A stretch of 64,000 nucleotides of DNA from Candidatus Zixiibacteriota bacterium (lineage in GTDB: Bacteria; Zixibacteria; MSB-5A5; GN15; FEB-12), in NCBI GenBank assembly GCA_024276275.1, contig JAJRXM010000039.1, forward strand, positions 5,271-69,270. The letters are read 5' to 3'. Positions 17,734 through 26,336 of the stretch are shown here, piece by piece; position 1 is the first letter of the stretch, and each line of letters starts with the position of its first letter. The notes under the pieces are model-generated. The model ran no database searches. It worked only from the letters and a program-made list of their open reading frames with translations, and was not told the origin of the DNA. The position numbers and the translations under genes were made by a program.

Positions 17734-20700
17734 ATGCTTCGAATAATAAACGGTATACTTATTCTCTTTCTGCTTTCCTTTAGTACAGTTACTGCTCAAA
17801 CAAAACTTCTTTTTGTCGGTAACGAAATAAAAAAAAATATTTATATAAATGCACATTTTATTGTAAATAACTCCGATAGCTTAGTTTTAAATCAAACCGT
17901 CTTACAAAGGGATATTGACTACCGATTTAATCAAAAGTTTAAACGGTTTGAACTGCTTATTAAGCATGATTCCGAATTTGATAGTTTGACTGTGCAGTAT
18001 CGTCAGCTTCCTTCATGGCTTCAGCAGAGGTACGGAAAAGCATTACCCGAAGTTACTCCCCAAACAAAAACATCTACCATAATTTTTCCTTCAGGAAATT
18101 ATAAAAAGCATCGCACAGAATCTGATATGAAACTGAGCGGTTCTAAATCCTTTAGGCTTACATCCTCTCAAACAGGTAGCACAGGGTTTAACCAAACGCT
18201 TGATCTTAATTTGTCGGGACACCTGGCTAAAAATCTTACTTTACAAGGTACAATCTCAGACAGGGGATACAACCCGTCTTATGGAACTTCCAATAGTCGT
18301 CTTAATGAACTTGATAAAATAAATATTAAGATAGCATCACCAAATTTCTCGGCACAAATAGGTGATATAATAATAGAGAGCAACAAAAGTTTCCGTGTGA
18401 GAGAAAAGAAAATTTCAGGTATTAATCTATCGGTTCATAATAAAAATATGCAGATTGGAATGATAGCCGCTCGTCCAAAAGGTCGGTATAATTCAGTTTC
18501 ATTTTTTGGGCAGAATAACAAACAGGGACCTTACCAAATAAAATCGCAATCGGTACGACAAGCTATTATCCCGAGTTCCGAAACTGTTTGGCTTGACGGA
18601 ATTCAGTTAAAACGGGGAGCAAATGATGACTACACTCTTGATTATCCGAACGGGCAGATTACTTTTAATGTCAATAACTTAATAGATGTCAGAAGTCGTA
18701 TAGTCATCGACTACGAACCGCTGTCATCTGAGTATAAACAAGAATACTTACATGCGAGTTCCGGATTTAATTCTACCGACTCAGTCTACAAATTTTCTTT
18801 TAACTGGATTCGTGAGGGAGATGATAAAGATGAAAATCTTTCGCAGTCGTTTTCATCTGCCGATGAGCAGCTGCTTGCCAATACTTTAGGCGAGGAACTA
18901 ATTTTTAAATCAGGAATAATTTCAGACACACTTGGTTCCTATCAAATTCTATCTGATTCACTTCCCGATACAGTCTATCAATTTGTAGGTGAAAATGCTG
19001 GGCAATATGATGTTCGTTTTTCGTATATTGATTCGGGAAAGGGAGACTATGTATATAGAGGAGCAAACCGATACCAATATGTCGGATATGGAAAAGGTGA
19101 TTTTCTTCCTGTTATTTTGTTAAATACTCCTAAAAGAACAGATTATCTTGGGGGGGCTTTTGTACTTACTGACGATAAAATAGGTCAGTTGCAAACGGAA
19201 TGGAACCAAAGCAGAAAAATCAACAATCTGTTTGCGGTAGATAATAGTTCCGATAATAATAATTACTACCGATTTGCCTATACAAAATTATTTGGAACTT
19301 CAAAAAACAAAGTAAGTGCATTATATCGAAAAAAAGATTTTAAATACTCAGAAAGAAATCGAGTCAACCAAGCTGATTATACCTATCAATACTATCTCCC
19401 TATACAAAGTAAGTTTAATTCAGCCGAACAACTAACATCTGTCAATTCTGTTATCAATATCTTTAGCAGTTTTACAATTCAATCAGGATATAGCTTGTTG
19501 AACTATTCCAATCAGTTTCAATCAAAAAACAGTAAAGTCGCCTTAAAGTTTTCTCCATTAAAAAAACTAAAATTTTTAGGCGATGCCAATATCATTCGGG
19601 CAGATTTATTAAATACTTCCCAAAAACAACAGGGACGTTCTGATATTGTAAATATACAGGGTGATTATAATTTTTACAAAAACTATACCCTTACAAGTTC
19701 TTTTGCCAAAACAAAACGGTCCAACGACTACAGTTTATTAGTCGGAGGATTCTCACACGATGAATATACTATTCGTATCGCCGACAAAAATTCTGAAATT
19801 TTATATCAATATTATACAGAAGATACCCTTTCTCTTGTATGGGAAAAAAAGAAAAACAGAAAAAGGATTCAATTCAAGTCGGAAAATAAAATTAAAAAAC
19901 TTAACTATACACTGCATGTCCGTTACCAAGAGCTTGATAATCTGACGAACAAACAAACATCACTGCTTACTTTGGCAAATTTTATCTATACTAACAGAAA
20001 ACAAAATTTACAAATACAGACATCATATACACTTTCCGATGAAACACGGTTTAGCAAAGGAATACGCTACTTAGAGGTAAACAACGGCGAGGGAGACTAT
20101 ATTTTTTCAGACAGTCAATATATACCTGAAGTCGGCGGGAATTATATACTTGTAGAGGAACTACTCTCTGAAACCGCACCGGTAAAACGAGGTGAAAAAT
20201 CATTCTCGCTCTCTAAAAGATGGGACAAAGTGTATGTGACCTTTAATTCGTTCATAAGTGAAGAATTGTTTGCTTCGGAATCCCGCAGTCGTAAATGGAT
20301 TTTTCCGGTTTTCTCCGATTCAAAATTGTCTTATCTTTTCTTCAACCGATTTTTAAAAGGCTCGCTTAAAGCATTTCCGATAAGCGGGGGATATTTTTTC
20401 ACTTTGAATTTTTCAGAAAAAAAAGAGAAACGATTTATCAACCAGCAAGACCGTTTAAAAGAGTCGTTAAAAAGTGAATTTATTTTTAATCAAAAAATAG
20501 AAAATATATTTATTGAAGAAAGACTGGAACTGTTTCAGGACGAACGTGATGCGTACTATTTTAGAGAAGGTGATATTAACGGACTAGCTTTAGTCGGAAA
20601 AGTAAAACAGGTAACTGATAAAAATGAATATGGAGTGCAGGTTAAATATAGAAGAGCTGTTTCAGCTGATTCTAAAATATCACAGATTTATATGTTTCTT

Positions 20701-20964
20701 TTGGAAAACAGATTTAAAATACAAAAACATGGTGAGCTAAAAGTAAGTTCAGAATTTTATCGTTCAAACAAAAATGATATCGTATCTTCACAAAGTTATC
20801 TCTTAACAGACAATCGCCCCGGAAGGCAGGGAGTTATATGGTCGCTGATTTTTCGGGCAAAATTAAAAAATGAATTCAGATTAAATTTTACTCTACAGGG
20901 CAGACACTCTGATATAAATGAGGCACGCATTTTTGCAAGGACTGAGTTTATTGCTCAATTTTAA
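17734..20964 (+). CDS. large outer-membrane protein with a SprA-like N-terminal region (short SprA paralog candidate)
   Basis: 1076 aa. The signal peptide ends TVTA/Q and the C-terminal residue is Phe (EFIAQF). Segments align by eye to the SprA encoded at 45698-51814: GINLSVHNKNMQIGMIAARPKG versus GLKTEAQVGNLRLTAIASQEKG, and IIPSSETVWLDGIQLKRGANDDYTLDYPNGQITF...RIVIDYEP versus IIEGSERITVNGEILKKGIDYDIQYDFGQVTL...QIKVDFEYAP. Confidence 0.5.
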   Translation: MLRIINGILILFLLSFSTVTAQTKLLFVGNEIKKNIYINAHFIVNNSDSLVLNQTVLQRDIDYRFNQKFKRFELLIKHDSEFDSLTVQYRQLPSWLQQRYGKALPEVTPQTKTSTIIFPSGNYKKHRTESDMKLSGSKSFRLTSSQTGSTGFNQTLDLNLSGHLAKNLTLQGTISDRGYNPSYGTSNSRLNELDKINIKIASPNFSAQIGDIIIESNKSFRVREKKISGINLSVHNKNMQIGMIAARPKGRYNSVSFFGQNNKQGPYQIKSQSVRQAIIPSSETVWLDGIQLKRGANDDYTLDYPNGQITFNVNNLIDVRSRIVIDYEPLSSEYKQEYLHASSGFNSTDSVYKFSFNWIREGDDKDENLSQSFSSADEQLLANTLGEELIFKSGIISDTLGSYQILSDSLPDTVYQFVGENAGQYDVRFSYIDSGKGDYVYRGANRYQYVGYGKGDFLPVILLNTPKRTDYLGGAFVLTDDKIGQLQTEWNQSRKINNLFAVDNSSDNNNYYRFAYTKLFGTSKNKVSALYRKKDFKYSERNRVNQADYTYQYYLPIQSKFNSAEQLTSVNSVINIFSSFTIQSGYSLLNYSNQFQSKNSKVALKFSPLKKLKFLGDANIIRADLLNTSQKQQGRSDIVNIQGDYNFYKNYTLTSSFAKTKRSNDYSLLVGGFSHDEYTIRIADKNSEILYQYYTEDTLSLVWEKKKNRKRIQFKSENKIKKLNYTLHVRYQELDNLTNKQTSLLTLANFIYTNRKQNLQIQTSYTLSDETRFSKGIRYLEVNNGEGDYIFSDSQYIPEVGGNYILVEELLSETAPVKRGEKSFSLSKRWDKVYVTFNSFISEELFASESRSRKWIFPVFSDSKLSYLFFNRFLKGSLKAFPISGGYFFTLNFSEKKEKRFINQQDRLKESLKSEFIFNQKIENIFIEERLELFQDERDAYYFREGDINGLALVGKVKQVTDKNEYGVQVKYRRAVSADSKISQIYMFLLENRFKIQKHGELKVSSEFYRSNKNDIVSSQSYLLTDNRPGRQGVIWSLIFRAKLKNEFRLNFTLQGRHSDINEARIFARTEFIAQF

Positions 20965-20965
20965 T

Positions 20966-22579
20966 ATGAAAAAAATAATATTCTACATAAGCTGTCTTAT
21001 AATTTTCACCGAATACTCAAGTGGCACAGTATTGCAATTTATAGATACAACAGATATTGCTATTCAGAATAAAATTGAGCAAAACAAATCATTACATAAT
21101 GCAGATTCACTCTATACATATTTTATCGACAACGGTTATCTTGATGTTTCAATAACCAATTTAAATGACACTCTGTTAATATCATCAGGGTCTCAATATT
21201 TTCTTAGAAATATCTATTTAAATTCTCTAATAATTACAAAAAATACAACGCCTGAAAAATTCACAAAAGAAACTGTAACAACCGAGATAGAAAAAACAAT
21301 TCAAAATGTAAACAAAGACGGGTATCAATTTGCAACTGTTGTTGTTGAGTCTACAGTTGTACATGATAAGATGGTTGACTTGTTCTGTTCTTTAAACAAA
21401 GGACCTCAAGTTGTTTTGGATTCTTTGATTTTTGAAGGACTCACAAAAACGCAAAAGCCGATACTGCATAAATATATTACCCTTGATGATTCACTCATCA
21501 CACCGAAACTTTTACGCACAATTGAAAAAGATGTGCGGGAAATACCGTTTGTGCAATTTGTTCCACCGATAAAACAAGAGTTACTGCAAGGTTATCAATC
21601 TGCCAATCTTATCATTCCGTTAAAAGAACGAAAAAATATCTTGTTTGAGGGTGGGGGAGGATATCTTTCCGATCAGGATCTATTTCTGTGGAATATTTCA
21701 TTACAATTTCAAAATATGTTTGGAGCAGGACGAGAAATATCTGTTCTTTCACAAAAGAAAGATATCAATCACCAAAATTTAACACTCGAATACAAACAAC
21801 CTCTTTTTGTATTAGGCATAGGTTCGGCAGGTTTTAAAATTCAGACAAGAGACTATCGTGACCAATTTTATGAATTTGTCATAAACTCTCAATTTCAAAC
21901 TTCCTATAAGAAGAAATTCAATTTTGGTACTTCGGCACAATACAAAACTGTAGAGCAGGAGAATAACCTCTCGTATCGTTCAGCTGAATTATCACTTTCG
22001 GTGAGCAATGATAAACTAAACTTAAAGGTAAAAAATAGAACCGATAAATTGATCTATGACTGGAAACTCAGTTATGGAAATAGAAAATATAAAAATGATA
22101 CTAACCTGACTATATCTTCACACAGTTCTTTTAATGAATCTCGTTTTGAAATAAAAACTCAGTTTTTAACTCCGATTAAAAACAGTTTGATGTTTTTTAT
22201 CAGTAGTAATCTACAAAGTTACCTTACAAATGAAAACATACCGCCACTTGCCGAGTTATACTTAATCGGCGGGACAGGTTCTATACGTGGATTCAAAGAT
22301 GAACAGTTTCCGTCAATACGTAATCTTATTGTAACGGTTGAACCTCAATACCAATTTGAAACCGGCAATCTGTTTATCTTCTACGACGGTGGATATATAT
22401 ATAATAGAACAGCTTCAGTAATTTCTGATTTTGATGAAACGACAATTTATCGTTATGGATATGGGATAGGTCTTTCGTTTCTAAATAATTCTCAATTTCT
22501 AAAAATTTCATTTGGTTGGAATAAAGAGGTCTCTTTTGATAATCCCAGAATTTCTTTACTTTTAAAAACCGGATTATAA
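20966..22579 (+). CDS. Omp85/BamA-family outer-membrane protein
   Basis: The ATG at 20966 (MKKIIFYISCLIIF signal) lies 1 nt after the upstream stop. The track ORF start at 20918 overlaps the upstream gene and is less likely. It carries the family motif LYLIGGTGSIRGFKDEQF and has beta-strand-rich, Y/F/N/S-rich composition. Confidence 0.7.
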   Translation: MKKIIFYISCLIIFTEYSSGTVLQFIDTTDIAIQNKIEQNKSLHNADSLYTYFIDNGYLDVSITNLNDTLLISSGSQYFLRNIYLNSLIITKNTTPEKFTKETVTTEIEKTIQNVNKDGYQFATVVVESTVVHDKMVDLFCSLNKGPQVVLDSLIFEGLTKTQKPILHKYITLDDSLITPKLLRTIEKDVREIPFVQFVPPIKQELLQGYQSANLIIPLKERKNILFEGGGGYLSDQDLFLWNISLQFQNMFGAGREISVLSQKKDINHQNLTLEYKQPLFVLGIGSAGFKIQTRDYRDQFYEFVINSQFQTSYKKKFNFGTSAQYKTVEQENNLSYRSAELSLSVSNDKLNLKVKNRTDKLIYDWKLSYGNRKYKNDTNLTISSHSSFNESRFEIKTQFLTPIKNSLMFFISSNLQSYLTNENIPPLAELYLIGGTGSIRGFKDEQFPSIRNLIVTVEPQYQFETGNLFIFYDGGYIYNRTASVISDFDETTIYRYGYGIGLSFLNNSQFLKISFGWNKEVSFDNPRISLLLKTGL

Positions 22580-22616
22580 AAGTTGACTCATCGGGGCGAC
22601 TTATATATGCTCCTAT

Positions 22617-23462
22617 ATGCAAAAGATACTACCGTATATCATTATAATTCGTCCGTTAAATTGTCTCTTAGCGGCAGCAACAGTATGGGTGGGAGCATTG
22701 ATGACTTGGCTGGAGCCGCAATTTTTAGCCCCGTTTCTGACATCACTTGCTACTTTTCTTGTTTGTGCTTCGGGGAATATAGTAAATGATATTGTTGATA
22801 TACCAATTGACCGTATAAACAGACCGCAGAGAATTCTTGTTCAGCAAAAAATACCTTTACAATCAGCCTATATTTTTTCGGTTTTGTTAAATCTTTCCGC
22901 ACTTGCTTTGGCAATCTTTGTAAGCCTTGATGTCTTTATTGCTGCTTTAATCGCAATCAGTTTACTTTATTTCTATAACTATAAAGCCAAACAAATCCCA
23001 TTTTTAGGAAATATAATTATCGCTTTGTTGGCCGGTATGGTATTTATAACCGGAGGGTTATCAATTGACAGATTGCTTGCATTTACATTGCCCGGACCTC
23101 TGATTGGGGCTGTTTTTGCTTTCCTGTTTCATTTAGTGAGAGAGATTGTCAAAGATATCGAGGATATAGACGGCGATTTGCAGTCCGGTATCAAAACTAT
23201 TCCAATTATCTTTGGGAAAAAGGTCTCAATAGCAATTGCTATGTCTCTTTTTTTGATTTTGACCTTATTTACCTATCTACCGATTCTCAAAGGCTGGTAT
23301 ACGGAAATTTATAAAATCCTGACTGTTTATATTGTAGATTTGCCTTTGCTGGCTTTTCTTATATTGTTATGGGGAAACCCGACGAAAAAAATGCTCGCAG
23401 CGACCTCATTATTGTTGAAAATCGGGATGGGAATAGGGATTATCGCCCTTATTTTTTCATAA
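22617..23462 (+). CDS. UbiA-family prenyltransferase, digeranylgeranylglyceryl-phosphate (DGGGP) synthase-like
   Basis: 281 aa and polytopic. The first Asp-rich motif is NDIVDIPIDRINRPQR and the second is KDIEDIDGDLQSGIKTIPIIFG. Both resemble the archaeal DGGGPS-type signatures within the UbiA superfamily. Confidence 0.65.
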   Translation: MQKILPYIIIIRPLNCLLAAATVWVGALMTWLEPQFLAPFLTSLATFLVCASGNIVNDIVDIPIDRINRPQRILVQQKIPLQSAYIFSVLLNLSALALAIFVSLDVFIAALIAISLLYFYNYKAKQIPFLGNIIIALLAGMVFITGGLSIDRLLAFTLPGPLIGAVFAFLFHLVREIVKDIEDIDGDLQSGIKTIPIIFGKKVSIAIAMSLFLILTLFTYLPILKGWYTEIYKILTVYIVDLPLLAFLILLWGNPTKKMLAATSLLLKIGMGIGIIALIFS

Positions 23463-23558
23463 AATATTGAAACGAATAGATGAAACATGAGTATAATTTC
23501 AACTATAAGAGTAACTTGTAGTTGAAATAAATAGAAAAATGTATTACATACAGCAAGT

Positions 23559-24439
23559 ATGATTATGAGTATAAAAATGACACGATATTTTTTGCGATAT
23601 TTAATACTGATTATAACGATTTTGACGTTTTCAAGTTCTGTAACCGCCGAAATTAAAATCTCACAATCAATTTCTAAATCTGAAATTGCATTTGAAGATT
23701 CTGCCCAATTTAATATTTTGATTGAGTGGGAAGGTAGTCAATCAGCATACTTGTTTAAAAAACCTCTCAGTCCATTTATAGACCGAATGAAAATTGGGCA
23801 ATTCAGCTCATCTGTCAGTAGCCGCATAATTAATGGTGTCGAAACTACACAAAAAAATATCATTATTCACTTATCCCGACATCGGCAGGGTTGGGGATTA
23901 TCGACTCGATTTCTATTGCCTATATGAAACGAGGAGATTCTCTTCCGAGTTTTGTTGTTACGGAACCGATGGAAGTAATAATTGCGAACCCGGTAGCAAA
24001 AGTTAAAGATGATACTGAATTAAATATTTGGCTCGTATTTGGTCTGGTGCTTATTATTCTGTCTGCTGTTTTATTATTCTTTAATCTGAGAAACAAATCG
24101 CAACAAAGTGAAACCGAATTGACCCCCAAAGAACAGTTCCTAAAAAAACTAACTGAGATAAAAAACAGTTCCGGCTCTGAAATGAAAAATTTTCAAACTC
24201 AACTATTTCACGCATTGTCAAAATATCTTGTTACAGAGTATAGTATAAATGTTTCTCAAATAGATAAAGATTTACTTGTTAACGAACTTTCTAAAGCAGG
24301 TATGAGTTTAAAAAACGGAGAAAAAATTGTCGGCTGGTTACAACAAGCTGAAATTGATAAGTTTGCTCCTATTACCCAAAGTCCCGGAGCAGTTGTCAGA
24401 TTAGAATCAGAAATACGAACTTTTTTTGAAAAGATATAA
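23559..24439 (+). pseudogene. BatD-family membrane protein interrupted by a -1 frameshift at an A7 run
   Basis: Frame A (23559-23927) reads ...SSRIINGVETTQK. Frame B is open from 23834 and reads TKKYHYSLIPTSAGLGIIDSISIAY..., followed by a TM helix and a BatD-type C-terminal region. The frames join cleanly if the A7 run at 23851-23857 is read as A8. Confidence 0.7.
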
Positions 24440-24461
24440 TTATTAAATAATTGGAGTACCT

Positions 24462-25451
24462 ATGAACACAGATATTCAGGAAATTCAAGCACGAGTTGAA
24501 AAAGAGGCACAGTTTGTCGAAAAACTGATGACGCAGATAAGTTCCGTCATTGTCGGACAGAGCTATCTGATAGAACGTCTACTGATAGGAATTTTAGCTG
24601 ACGGACATATTCTTATCGAGGGTGTCCCCGGATTGGCTAAAACTCTTTCGGTGAATACTCTTGCCAATGCGATACAGGCAAAATTTCAAAGATTACAATT
24701 TACACCGGACTTGTTACCTGCCGATTTAATCGGAACAATGATTTACAATCCGCAGACATCAGAATTTACAATCAAAAAAGGACCTGTCTTTGCTAACATC
24801 ATCTTAGCCGATGAAATCAACCGTGCCCCTGCCAAAGTGCAGTCAGCTCTTCTTGAAGCAATGCAGGAGCGTCAGGTTACTATAAGCGATACGACGTATA
24901 AGCTTGATGAACCGTTTTTGGTAATGGCAACGCAGAACCCGATTGAACAGGAAGGTACTTATCCTCTTCCTGAAGCACAAATCGATAGGTTTATGCTGAT
25001 GCTCAAAATTGGTTACCCGTCACCGACAGAAGAACGGATTATCATGGATAGAAATACTTCTTCTGAAAAAATAACTATCGAAAAAATTATTACTCCCGCT
25101 GAAATAATATCAGCTCGTGAAGTTGTCCGTTCGATTTATATTGATGATAAAATCAAAGACTATATTATTAATATTGTTTTTGCTACCCGTGAACCTGAAA
25201 AATACGGACTCGCTGAAATTAAAGATTTGATTTCTTTTGGAGTTTCTCCTCGTGCGACAATCTATCTTAATTTGGCAGCAAAAGCACACGCTTTCTTAAG
25301 AGGTCGTGGATATGTTACTCCTGAAGATATTAAAGCTATCGGGCATGATGTTCTCAGGCACCGTTTGCTGGTAACATATGAAGCGGAAGCTGAAGAAATA
25401 AACTCCGATGATTTAGTAACAAAGATATTTGACGCTATTGAGGTTCCGTAA
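24462..25451 (+). CDS. MoxR-family AAA+ ATPase
   Basis: 329 aa with Walker A GVPGLAKT and Walker B ILADEINRA, and the typical MoxR length and layout. It is the first gene of a Bat-type locus. Confidence 0.9.
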   Translation: MNTDIQEIQARVEKEAQFVEKLMTQISSVIVGQSYLIERLLIGILADGHILIEGVPGLAKTLSVNTLANAIQAKFQRLQFTPDLLPADLIGTMIYNPQTSEFTIKKGPVFANIILADEINRAPAKVQSALLEAMQERQVTISDTTYKLDEPFLVMATQNPIEQEGTYPLPEAQIDRFMLMLKIGYPSPTEERIIMDRNTSSEKITIEKIITPAEIISAREVVRSIYIDDKIKDYIINIVFATREPEKYGLAEIKDLISFGVSPRATIYLNLAAKAHAFLRGRGYVTPEDIKAIGHDVLRHRLLVTYEAEAEEINSDDLVTKIFDAIEVP

Positions 25452-25460
25452 ATAGAAGAT

Positions 25461-26336
25461 ATGATACCTAAAGAGATATTAAAAAAAATACGGCGTATTG
25501 AAATTCATACCAATAAATTGGTGAATGACCTTTTTTCAGGTGAGTATCATTCTACATTTAAAGGTCAGGGTATGGAATTTGAAGAGGTACGCCAGTATGT
25601 AGCGGGTGATGATATTCGTCTTATAGATTGGAATGTGACTGCCCGTACCGGATATCCTCATATTAAAAAATTCCGTGAAGAACGTGAATTGTCAGTTGTA
25701 CTTTTGTTCGATGCATCATCATCGGGGAAGTTTGGAACAAGGGATAGATTCAAAAGTGAAACTGCTGCCGAATTATCTGCCCTGTTGGCATTTTCAGCTA
25801 TCAAAAACAACGACAAAGTCGGGTTGATTATTTTTACCGATAAAATTGAAAAATTTATCCCGCCCCAAAAGGGAAGAGGTCATGTTTTGAGGTTGATTCG
25901 GGAAGTTCTCTACTTTGAACCTGAGTCTGTAGGTACCGACATCAATGGAGCTTTAGAGTATCTCAATAAAGTTATCAAACGAAAATCAGTTGTATTTCTT
26001 ATCTCTGATTTTATGTCGGAAGATTTTTATAAACCGTTGCAGATTGCTAATAACAAGCATGATGTTATCGCGATGAAAATTTCTGATCCGCGGGAAACAT
26101 CATTTGAAAATGTCGGACTTATCGAATTAGAAGATTCCGAAACCGGAGAAGTCTTTTTAGTGGACACATCTTCTAAAAAATTCCGAAATGAATTTACTGC
26201 CCGTGCCGACGAAGATAATGTCAATTTAGTAAAAGGGTTCAGGCTTATCAATGTTGACTTTATCAATATTCGAACAGATGAATCATATATCATTCCGCTC
26301 ATCAATTTCTTTAAAATGAGGGGGAAACGTCATTGA
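25461..26336 (+). CDS. DUF58 (vWA-like) protein
   Basis: 291 aa. It has the GEYHSTFKGQGMEFEEVRQYVAGDDIRLIDWNVTAR signature typical of DUF58 partners of MoxR. Confidence 0.85.
   Translation: MIPKEILKKIRRIEIHTNKLVNDLFSGEYHSTFKGQGMEFEEVRQYVAGDDIRLIDWNVTARTGYPHIKKFREERELSVVLLFDASSSGKFGTRDRFKSETAAELSALLAFSAIKNNDKVGLIIFTDKIEKFIPPQKGRGHVLRLIREVLYFEPESVGTDINGALEYLNKVIKRKSVVFLISDFMSEDFYKPLQIANNKHDVIAMKISDPRETSFENVGLIELEDSETGEVFLVDTSSKKFRNEFTARADEDNVNLVKGFRLINVDFINIRTDESYIIPLINFFKMRGKRH

Noticed and set aside
22583-22789. A 68-aa ORF overlapping the start of the UbiA gene, and the 20918 start of the Omp85 ORF.
   Set aside because: The alternative frame or start overlaps better-supported coding sequence. 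The UbiA ATG at 22617 and the Omp85 ATG at 20966 each give proper N-termini (a TM helix and a signal peptide respectively).
23925-23927. The TGA ending the first half of the short BatD-like gene as a possible selenocysteine codon, given selA/selB/tRNA-Sec in the window.
   Set aside because: The downstream conserved sequence is in a different frame, not in-frame with the TGA. The join is fully explained by the A7 run 70 nt upstream.
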